Assembly (NCBI GenBank): GCA_030390025.1
Contig: CM059431.1
Coordinates: 109,804,001-109,868,000 of the forward strand
Source: Squalus acanthias
Taxonomy: Eukaryota
Length of the DNA: 64,000 bases
Direction: 5' to 3'
Shown here in pieces: positions 25,851 to 36,587 of this stretch. Position 1 is the first letter of the stretch; each line of letters begins with the position of its first letter. Made by a program: the position numbers and the translations under genes. Under the pieces are notes generated by a model. It saw only the letters and a program-made list of their open reading frames with translations, searched no databases and was not told the origin of the DNA.

Positions 25851-26250
25851 TTTTTTTTATTTGTTCCTGGGATGTGGGCGTCGCTGGCAAGGCCAGCATT
25901 TATTGCCCATCCCTAATTGCCCTTGAGAAGGTGGTGGTGAGCCGCCTTCTTGAACCGCTGCAGTCCGTGTGGTGATGGTACTCCCACAGTGCTATTATGG
26001 AGGGAGTTCCAGGATTATGACCCAGTGATGATGAAGGATCGGCAATATACTTCCAAGTCAGGATGGTGTGTGACTTAGAGGGGAAATTGGAGGTGGTGGT
26101 GTTCCCATGCGCCTGCTGCCCTTGTCCTTCTAGGTGATAGAAGTCGCGGGTTTGGGAGGAAGAAGCAGCCTTGGCGAGTTGCTGCAGTGCATCTTGTAGA
26201 TGGTGCACACTGCAGCTATGGTACGCCGGTGGTGGAGGGTGTGAACGTTT
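25851..26250 (-). mobile_element. 3' fragment of the tRNA-headed LINE family
   Basis: Same 3' UTR and RT C-terminus as 9791-10325. Confidence 0.88.
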
Positions 26251-26464
26251 ATGAACATTTTGTTAACATCAACGCAAAAAGACATTGGTATGAAACAAGA
26301 CATTGTTTATGTAACATTGTCAAAGAGCAGGACTTTTTGTACAGATCGCCTCTCTACTTAAATAATGGTATAGTCCCTCCAAGATTTCCCTCCTTTAAGT
26401 TAACCCTTTCTCTGCTGATCTTGTTTTTGTGCACTCTCTCAGATACATATCAATATACAATTTA

Positions 26465-26889
26465 CAGGAAACTTTCGTTTATCCGGCACCCAAATATCCG
26501 GAATTCTCGCTTAACCGGCAAAAATCATCCTCCGAAAACTCCTCTCAAATAACCGGCAATGTTGCCGAGTCGCAGTCGAGTCTCCGCGAACGCCGAGTGC
26601 TCCGAAAACTCCTCTCAAATAACCGGCAATGTTGCCGATCCCGAGTCCGAGTCCGAGTCCGCGAACGCCGATTTAGTCAGTAGGGGTACTTTTCAAAAGT
26701 GCCACTACTCGGCCTCCTGGCGCTGTCGGAAGTCCGAAACACTGCAGTAGCAGGAGTTGATTCTCCCGCGCTGCCTGGAGTCTCTTTGTTAAAAATAGCC
26801 TCGGTAGATATAACTCTCCGTTATCCGGTACTTTCGATAAACCGGCACCACGCCGGTCCCGTCGATGCCGGATAAACGAAAGTTTCCTG
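26465..26889. mobile_element. Tc1/mariner (pogo/Tigger-like) MITE
   Basis: Perfect 24-bp TIR caggaaactttcgtttatccggca / tgccggataaacgaaagtttcctg; TA TSD on both sides; internal tandem duplication with ~70-bp period. Confidence 0.92.
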
Positions 26890-26904
26890 TAATAGGAAGA
26901 ATGA

Positions 26905-27560
26905 ATCATAGAAATTTACAGCACAGAAGGAGGCCGTCATGTCTGTGCCGGCCGAAAGAGAATTATCCAGCCTAATCCCACATTCCAGCTCTTGGTCCAT
27001 AGCCTTGCAGGTTACAGCACTTCAAGTACTTTTTAAATGTGATGAAGGTTTCTGCCTCTACCACCCTTTCAGGCAGTGAGTTCCAGACCCCCACCAGCCT
27101 CTGGATGAAAACATTTCTCCTCAACTCCCCTCTAATCCTTCAACCAATTACTTTAAATCTATGCCCCCTGGTTATTGACCTCTCTGCCAAGGGAAATAGG
27201 TCCTCCCTATCCACTCTATCTTGGCCCCTCATAATTTTATACACCTCAATTAGGTCTCCCTTCAGCCTCCTCTGTTACAGAGAAAACAATCCCAGCCTAT
27301 CCAATCTTTCCTCATAGCTAAAATTCTCCAGTCCTGGCAACATCCTCGTAAATCTCCTCTGTACCCTCTCTCGTGCGATCACATCCTCCCTGTAATCTGG
27401 TGACCAGAATTGTGCGCAGTACTCTAGCTGTGGCCTAACTAGTGTTTTATACAGTTCCAGCATAACCTCCCTGCTCTTACATTCTATGCCTCGGCTAACA
27501 AATGAAAGTATCCCGTATGCCTTCTTAACCGCCTTATCTACCTGTCCTGCTACCTTCAAA
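26905..27560 (-). mobile_element. CR1 LINE 3' fragment
   Basis: ORF 27275-27559 LYKTLVRPQLEYCAQFWSP. Confidence 0.88.
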
Positions 27561-28020
27561 TTTTAGAATTTGAGACACTGTGAGACTGGAAGCCAATATA
27601 GTGAGAACAGCAGTGATGAGTGAGTGGGACTTGGGTGCAGCATTGGATACAGGTGGCAGAGCTTTGGAGGTAGCTGAAGTTTACAGAGGATGAAGGTTGG
27701 AGACTGGAGGCCGTCCAGGAGTGCATTGGAGTAATCATGATTGGAAGTGACAAAGACATGAATGAAGGTTTCAGCGGCAGGTCAGCTGAGATAGGGGCAG
27801 AAGCAGGTGATGCTATGGAGGTGGAAGTAGGTGTTGCTTATGATGGTGACCTTCGTATAGGGTTGGGAAACTCAGTTCAGGGTCAAGTAGCACATCGAGG
27901 TTTCCAACGGTCTGATTCAGCTTGAAACCATGGCGAGGGAGGTGATGATGTCAGTGGTAAGGATGCAGAGTTTGTGCAGTGGCCAAAGCTAATAGATTCT
28001 GCCTTCCCATGTTTAACTTG
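27561..28020 (-). mobile_element. Decayed L2-like fragment
   Basis: Minus strand resembles L2 ORF2 C-terminal region (degenerate LDYSN and HWLP-like segments). Confidence 0.55.
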
Positions 28021-28021
28021 G

Positions 28022-28688
28022 CAACGGGATTTGGGTGTCCATGTGCACAAGTAGAAAAAGTAATCAAAAGGGCTAATGGGATGTTGGCCTTTATCTCAAG
28101 GGGGCTGGAATACAAAGGAGAGGACATTATGCTTCAGTTGTATAGAGCCTTGATCAGACCCCATCTGGAGCACGGTGTTCAGTTCTGGGCACCGCACCTC
28201 AGGAAGGATACACTGGCTTTGGAGTGGGTACAGCGCAGATTCACCGGAATGATACCGGGATCTAAGGGGTTAATTTATAAGGACAGGTTGCATAAACTTA
28301 GCTTGTATTCCCTTGAGTGTGAAGGTTCAGGGGTGATTTAATCGAGGTGTTTAAAATGACAAAAGGATACAATAGGGTAGATACAAAGAAGCCATTTCCT
28401 CTGGTGGGGGGTGTCCAGAACAAAGGGCACAATCTTTAAAATTAGAACTGAGCCATTCAGGAGTGAAATCAGGAGGCACTTTCTCACACAAACACTCCCC
28501 CAAAAAGTTTTGGATGTTGGGTCAATTGAAAATTTCAAGCATCAGATCAATAGAGTTTTGTTAGGTAAGGGTATCAAGGGGTGTCACTTAAAGGTGGGTA
28601 AATGGAGTTGAGGTACAGATCAGCCATGATCTAATTGAATGACAGAACAGGTTTAAAGGGCTGAATTTCCTACTCCTGTTCCTATGTT
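28022..28688 (+). mobile_element. CR1 LINE 3' fragment
   Basis: LYRALIRPHLEHGVQFWAPHLRKD; CR1 3' UTR ending ctcctgttcctatg. Confidence 0.88.
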
Positions 28689-29359
28689 ACTGTCGTTTTG
28701 AGACAATGGGAATTGTTGTATATAATTCTAAGCATTTTTCACCATTATGATGGAATATTTTTATTCACTGCACCCAGCAAGGCACTTAGCTAAACAGACA
28801 CACAGGTGCTGTGAGCTCCTTACATCAAAAGAAGCATTTTCTTCATGGTGGTAACTTTGACCAATTGGCAAGCCAATCATCTGCACCCAAAAAAAAGGCA
28901 GCAGGCTAACCATACGAAAGCATAGAGTTTGTAACAGAAGGAGGCTGCGTCAGTTTGAAAGTCAGTGTTCACCTTGAATGGAAGCAGTGCTGCATTTCTG
29001 CTGGTTTTCATGGAGTGACGAGTGGTAGGAAATTGATTAATTTCATCGTGAAGACTGCATTCTGTTTATTCATGTAGTTTATTTAAAATAAACAAATTTG
29101 TTGCAATACAATCATGCCTCGCCTCACTTGAGTGCTTTTCAGTCTATCTTCTGCAGACATGTAGCGCAACATACAACATTCTAGTAATAAAACAAGGACT
29201 CTGTTATGATCCCTAGATCACACTATCATCTAACTACATATTGGGTAGAAAAAGGTGCGCTTCAGAACACACGAGACATGAGGTCCACTTATGGCAGCAA
29301 ATGATGATGCTAAACCGGAAAGAATACCTAGCACAAAAGCTTGCAGAATTGTAACACCT

Positions 29360-29805
29360 GGGGTACAGTAGCATAGTGGTTATGTTACTGGACTAGTAAT
29401 CCAGAGGCCTGGACTAATGATCTATTGATCTAATCCCACCACAGCAACTGGGGAATTTAAATTCAGTTAATTAAATAACTCGAGTAAAAAAGTTAGTATC
29501 AGTAATGGTGACCATGAAACTATCGGATTGTTGTAAAAACCCAGGTCCTTTAGGGAAGGAAATCTGCTGCCCTTACCTGGCCTGGCTTATATGTGACTCC
29601 AGACTCACAGCAATGTGGTTGACTCCCTCTGAAATGGCCTAGCAAGCCACTCAGTTGCACCAAACCGCTACGAAAAAAGACCTTCGCCACAAGGACTGCG
29701 GTTTATAGAAGGCGGCTCACCACCTTCTCAAGGACAATAAGGGGTGGGCAATAAATGTTGGCCCCTTGCCAGCAACCGCCACATCCAGAGAATGAATAAA
29801 AAAAA
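29360..29805 (+). mobile_element. Bipartite SINE-sized derivative of the tRNA-headed LINE (5' head/UTR fused to 3' tail)
   Basis: 29360-29680 matches the reverse complement of about 39200-39550; 29681-29805 matches the LINE 3' tail (cf. 34195-34330); A-rich end. Confidence 0.85.
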
Positions 29806-30855
29806 TCAGAAAATAACATATCAGAATTTGCTCATGAGGACAGGTGGTGACTTTCTATAAGAGTTCACAGCGTAATTGAAGTCAGTTTTTAACCATAAAT
29901 TCCCAGATTCTTTGAGTTTGTGGATCAATAAAAAAAAATTCTCTCCCAATCTTTAGAATAAGAAACCTCAAATTCTACCCACTGTTTGCACCACAAATCA
30001 GGTCTGGAGATGAGCGTGCCTCAATTCAATGTCCTGTTTGAGATATTAATTTGTCCTTTAATTCTGTCTGCAGACAGAAAATTCTCTAAAAGACTAACTT
30101 GTTTATAATACCACTGCATAGCCTTGAAAGGTCAATGAAGACTTGACTTTGTGCTTCTATTAATTGAAGTTTATACGTAAATAACTGTACATCACTTTGC
30201 AAACTATACTTGATCAGGACATGAGAGAATAATTTGCTTTTAGATAATCCACCACTTTGCTTGAGCTCATTCAGCCACCTGGCACCGTCCTCTGAAATCT
30301 CCTCCCTCAGCATCCTCTCCTTCCACCTCTTGCCCGGCCACTAGTGTCCCTGCCTTGCAAACACCATCTTAACGTCCTCCTCTTCAATTGTGCTTTCCCC
30401 CCGTATCATCGTTTACCCACTAACCCCACCCTCCTGCCCAATCAGTGCCCCTGAACTTTGCATCGCCCTGTAAAGTACTCTGACATGTCTCCTTGGACTC
30501 AATAGATGCTGTAGAAATGTAAATTATTCAGCGTCTTAAAATGGATCCTGAAATCAAAGGCATGATCCCCAGGGTCTGAATATAGGAGGTACATTTAGCA
30601 ATTATATTAACAGATAGAGAATTAAGAGCAAAATCTATCACGAAGCTTCAAAATGTTAAGAAAATAACAAATTGATTTATGTTATTTTTAATGCACTTGC
30701 TATTATAAATTGTCATTTATACCATTTATTCTCGTTCTGGTTTGATGTCTTTATCTCAAATAATAACTTGCTATTTATATTAAAAATCTGTTTAAATGTA
30801 TTACTGGATGCATCCAACGCGAACTTCAGTCCTTTAGTGCTGGCTGTAAGATGTT

Positions 30856-31648
30856 GGCCCGGAATTTGCGGTCGGAGGCGTACCTCCGGAGTACGCCTCC
30901 GACCCGATAAAAAAAATCCGAACCTACCTGTTGGCTCCCGGGCTTCGGAGACTTCGGGTCCTGGGCCTGCAGGCTTACGCCTGCATAAAGGCCCACGGAT
31001 CCCAGGAATGCAGGCGGTTCGCAAGCGTCCCTGGGATCACATGGGCCAGGTCCTCCAATCAGAAAGGAAGATTCCTCATATGCTTATGGTGGATTCCATT
31101 TTGGAATTGCCATTAGCATCTGAGGAATCCCCAAATAATTAAATAATTTACACAACTGGAATAAAAATAAATGTTCCCATTTTCAAATTTAATTAAAAGT
31201 CCCTTTAATGAATGAAGCATTTACAATAAAAATTAAATGTTTTGAAAAATAATTGCAAATGTTTTAATCCGGGCCAAAATTTACATAAACTAATTTGAAA
31301 TGTTTGTGGATGATTTTTTATTAAAACTTTGTTAATTTAACATTTATATTAACCCTTACGCTGGTCAAAGCAGGCCCTATGCCTGCTTGTACCAGGCCTA
31401 AGGCTTTTGTGGGCATTTGCTGGGTAGTAGTTGGGCAAATAGCCCAACTCTTTTAGTGCGGGCTGTACCTGTCCACTGCTGGCAAATAGCCCAACTCTGC
31501 ACCAGCGAAAGTTGATTTTTGGGTCGGTTCGTAAGATCTGTCAAGGCGAACCTTGACGGATCGCAAGTTCCAGGTTTTCGCGCATGCGCAACGCTTATGA
31601 CGGTGTACACTGTGCGTATGCTGTCATTGGCCCCACAAGATCCGGGCC
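30856..31648. mobile_element. Harbinger-type MITE (family C)
   Basis: TIR ggcccggaattt / aagatccgggcc; TSD GTT; internal duplication ggcaaatagcccaactct. Confidence 0.82.
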
Positions 31649-34194
31649 GTTAATTTAAAACTTATATAGCATTGAAAAAAAAAGTTGATTCATGTATTAT
31701 TAATGCATCTTCAACTATGTTAACAGTAGAGTATTTGCTGTTCCTTTTTCATCACACATTTTAACATGATATTGCAGATGACAACAAATTGATGGAAAGC
31801 TAATTTAATTATTAGAACAGCAAATGGTGGAATGCATACGTCATTTAACCTTTCTGTTAAATACACTATTATCATGAAATGGTAAGTATCCCTTTAACTT
31901 CACTCATTGATATTCTGTAGTTATAAATTCTCTTCTCCTTTGTACTTGTCCACTGCTGGCAATTCTCAGGAAGACGGAGAGGATATAATGCAAGACACAG
32001 TGAATCGTGATGAGATGTTTCATCCCACTTTAGTCAATATTTGGAATCATTTGACCCTCTTAACAGACACTGCAGTCAGAGGAAGAGGGTCTTGTGTGCA
32101 GTAAAGTGCTTTGTACACCAATTCAAAGGGAATAAACAAGGTTTATTTCCTTCTGATTCTTACACAGTATGACAGGACTGTTAAAAACACTCAACCATAA
32201 CGTGGACACAAAACTGCTGAGCTAAGATACCTTAGTCTCGGTGTAATGTCATTCTGTTCAGTTTAGTAAGCTAACTGTAACCTTGGCATTAATTATTGTA
32301 CTTTTTAGAATCATAACATTACTTTGCTCTCTGATTAAAATGGTTACACCGCACAGTACAAATAAATTGTGTAACGTCACGGTTGATTTGAGAAAGAGCA
32401 GTCCATTGAAAGGTATGCACTAATGGGTTATATAACACAACTGATTAAAAATTTTAATTGAGCCTAGTGCAAATATCCTTTAAATTATATAACGACATGG
32501 TTGGCTTCACAAAACATAATCAGCTGAAAGGTGTTCATTAATGGGTACTACAGCACAGTAGATTAAAATTTATAATTGACCATCAGTTTTTTTTTTGTAA
32601 ACCTGTAACCTTCAGATTAGATGGAGTCTTAAAGTTGAGATAAGTGCAATTCCCAGGCTGAGTACTGGTGGCTAATAGACACAAATGAAGAAAGAATAAA
32701 ATACCTGCATGCTTTGTTAGACACAAGTGGGGCAGGATTAACATTAATCAAACAAAGGGTAAGTACCTAACGATAGAGAATTTCAGAAGGATTATGTAAT
32801 CATCAAGTTTATACCATGTGTGGTGTGACTGTTAGTGGTTTACTTGCAGTAGGTTCAGAGTTAGCTTTACTCTCTGGCAGATTGCACTGTCACGAAAGAT
32901 CCTGTGGAAATCCGCCAATTGTAGCATTGCCCATTTACGCTCTTCAATTGCACTGTGCGTTTTCCAACCTAAAAGTAGGTTGTGAAATTTGGAAATCGCT
33001 CCTCATTCCACACCAGAACACGAAGAGAGAAAAAAAACCAGCAGCCTTATTGAAACGATTTGCTTTTAAATAACTGTTCAGGTTCTTTATGTGTTCCAGG
33101 AACTGGAGGCCAAATATTCATAGGGGCCTATTTTAAACTTCTGGGAATTGTCTTCTTCACAGCAGATCAGTTTATCACACTCCAAAATGTGATGTCTCCT
33201 CCTCATTTCTACTGAACAATATGTTCAGAATCCACCTGATTGGGGGGTATCATTTTTTGTGGCAACTGATGAAGTTAAAGCTCTTTTTCCAATGGTTTCC
33301 AACGAGTTTCTATTTCCCAGTTAGTAAGGGTAGTACGTGCGTCACTCAATTTCTGGAACAAGAACAAAAAATATAGAATCTATTCCAAGGAATAAGCTAG
33401 AGTCCTTTACTACCACGACTTAATAAGAAATAACTTGTATGGTTTAAAGGGAAAGATCCTACCTGACTCCTCTGAAGATGTTGCGGATCAAGTAAGAGAA
33501 AGTCACTTCCTATAACATAGTCGCATTTGAAGTTTCAGAAAGCTTTTGACAAAATTAAAAGTAAAAGCCACAGGGTAGAACGTGGATAAGCAACTAGTCA
33601 AATGGGAAGTACTTATGGCAGGTGTACTGTCAGCCTAAGTGGAAGTGTGGCATCCGCAAGGGTCAGAACTTGCATCTCTATTGTTTCTGATCTACATAAA
33701 TGACTTAGATACCAATACTAACTGGTCAAATGTACCGCTAACACAAAGATGGAGAGAGTTGCAGGGGCAAATGATGCTGGGAAAAAAATCAGGTCAATTT
33801 CTTTACCCAAATCAGCAAGTTTCTTCTTGATGGTAACCAATTATTTGCAGAAGCAAATGGCATCTTCTGAAAAACAGATTGACTGATCGTTCGTTCATTG
33901 GCCGCTTATGGTTCCTTGAGATGTGGTAATTGTCTGCTACATTTGCTTGTATAACAATGACGACAATTCAAAAGTAATCCATCGGTTGTAAAGCGTTTTG
34001 CTTCAATGCACAAGTTCCAATATAAAGTTAATCACAACTGGCTGAACCAAGTCATGGGATGTTGTGAAGATGTGTTAAGGTTGAATATAAATACAAGTTC
34101 TTTTCTTTGTGGATATGAAAGAGGGATCTATGACCAGAACATGTGATTAACAAAGTTTTCCTGAGAGAGAGACAGTCATTCCGGTGTTGGCCCC

Positions 34195-34530
34195 TTTTTT
34201 TTAAATTCGTTTTTTATGGGATGTGGGCGTCGCTGGCAAGGCCAGCATTTATTGCCCATCCCTAATTGCCCCTTGAGAAGGTGGTGGTGAGCCGCCTTCT
34301 TGAACCGCTGCAGTCCGTGTGGTGAAGGTACTCCCACAGTGCTGTTAGGGAGGGAGTTCCAGGATTTTGACACAGCGAAGATGAAGGAACGGCGATATAC
34401 TTCTAAATCAGGATGGTGTGGAGTTTGGAGGGGAACTTGGAGGTGGTGGTGTTCCCATGCGCCTGCTGCCCTTGTCCTTCTAGGTGGAAGAGGTCGCGGG
34501 TTTGGGAGGTGCTGCCGAAGAAGCCTTGGC
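34195..34530 (-). mobile_element. 3' end of the tRNA-headed LINE (possibly the same copy as 36588-39551)
   Basis: PRLLRQHLPNPRPLPPRRTRAAGAWEHHH...; A-rich tail. Confidence 0.9.
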
Positions 34531-36217
34531 TTATAGAGAACTGCAAACATGGTGTAGTGAATGAACCTGTTTTAATTTTTACCCTGGTTTGGGTGGTGCT
34601 ATTAGTTCTTTTTAATCTGACTCAGCCGTGGCATAACAAATGAGTTTTAATGAGACAGTGATGAGAACTTTTCACACCCCGAGGCAGCTCAATGCCTATC
34701 TGCTTCTAGCTCCCCGCTGTCTGAAGAGACAGGCACATCTACACTGTGATCACTGAACTAGCACAACAGCAATATGTATTAGCATAGCCTTGTAACTTAA
34801 ACAACTCTACAGCATGGTTCCACCATTTCTCATGCTCATGAACCAGGTGCACGTTAAATTTGATGAGAACAGTGTGATTGCGACAATGCCTCAGTGTTCC
34901 AGTTACTGACTGGAGCAAGAAGACATCTCTTCTACTAAAATCTATTTACCAAGAACTGTGCGGTACCGATAGAACTGGAAAGAAATTCCAAAATGTGAAT
35001 CTCATTAAAGCCATTAAAAAAGGGTGTATTTTTATTTCTTGTTTTGCTGTGTATTAAGTGGCAGAGCGTGGGTGCAGCTGGAGGCAACATTAACAAGAAT
35101 AAATGTGTCACAAATTCCACCTTATCAGCTGCTGAAAGCATAGAAGGACCCTGTGCTGCAAACCACAAACTTCCCATAGCCTGATGTCTGCTGTAGTAAT
35201 CCCGGTTCAGCAAGCCATGGTTAACGCTATATTTGAACTTCTGTGTAGAAGGGAGATGGCGGGGGTGATCTTAAAGTACTGGGTGCCCCGTTTATGAGGT
35301 GTCTTGACAGTTGCAAAGTGTAGGGAAACAGCGGCCGCCCTTTGATGTCCATGGCCCTCCTGATACGATTTTCATCTGCAAGTTGGGGTCCTGCGCCAGT
35401 TGTAGGTCCTTGTTTGCAATTATCAAGTACAAATGGGCACACTCCATGCATTTGTAGCAGGCGGTGGTCCAAAAAAGGCTCCCCCTGGCCCCACAAAAAT
35501 ACTGCGGCCCACTGCCGGCTGCTGGGTAGCCGCGACCCACCACCCCCCATTGGAGTCACCAGATTTACCCACCCCACCCCACCTCCACCCACACCACCGC
35601 CCCGGTTCGCAAGATTCATGCTAGTGCTCGTTGAGGGATAGGCAAGCTTGCCAATTGTATTCTAAGGAGGCCTGAATCTAAAAATGGTCCAGGCCTCTGT
35701 CTGAATCCATTGGGCGAGTGCCATGGATGTACAATGGACTTCGCGCCATTTTGAGCATAAGTTCAAAATCACCCTCGGTGAGTCTTGATGGCATTCACTG
35801 AACCCAGCAATTTAAGGGAACGGTGTTAATATGTGCTGTTGAAATAAAGTAAACGGAAACTAGGATTTTACAGTGTCCATATCTGAACTAATTTACCACC
35901 AGAGAGAGCACTGAAATTTGGACAAAAAAAATCAGCTTTGGGCAGAATAATTGGCTGTAGTGGCCGTTAATGGTTATTCCTGAAATTGTCGAGCAATAAC
36001 TAAATCAATAAGGAAGTAAGACACCTTAAAATTAATTAGTAGTTTCAATCTCAACTTCTACTGTAGGAATTAAACCATTTTGAGCTCTTCTTTTAGAATG
36101 GTAAGTAATAAAAACACAGACAAATCTCTCGTAGCAGGAGTTGTATATAGGTGAGCAGGATTACACTTGGATTAACTCATCCAAATAATAAGCAATGGCA
36201 AAGGTGATTTATAGAAT

Positions 36218-36587
36218 GGGGGCTAAATTTGGTTGATTTGCGCCTCCCGTTAGCGCCCTAAGAGGGCGCAAATCAACTAGCGCCTGGGCACGGCGCTGCT
36301 AACGCCTCCAGCGAAATTCAGCGGGAGGTGAGCGGCGACGCTAACAGTTAGCGCAGCGCTGCGCCGCTGGTGAAGACGTCATCGCGGTGCGCAGCGCCCC
36401 CCACGCGCCCCGGCTGTAATATTGGGTGGCACCCCCCAACTTACCGCCAGACACTATGTCCGCCGGGGTCGGGGGGGCCTACCTTCGGCCAGGGCGGCGT
36501 TAGTTAAAGGGGAGGTGGCGGGCGGCCATTTTTGTTGCTGGCTGCCTGCCAGCACCTGCCCCCATTGCTGTCCCCGGCCCCCGTGAA
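36218..36587 (-). mobile_element. Half Harbinger MITE (same family as 21952-22531)
   Basis: Reverse complement of about 22280-22531 plus the terminal segment missing there; broken internally at the LINE junction. Confidence 0.75.

Noticed and set aside
31770..32765. Plus-strand exon-like segments with GTAAGT donors (similar ones at 17401 and 55310-55376)
   Set aside because: Stops in the frames checked and no consistent chain; not supportable without RNA data
36454..36587. Extended C-terminus of the 501-aa RT ORF
   Set aside because: Read-through into the adjacent MITE fragment
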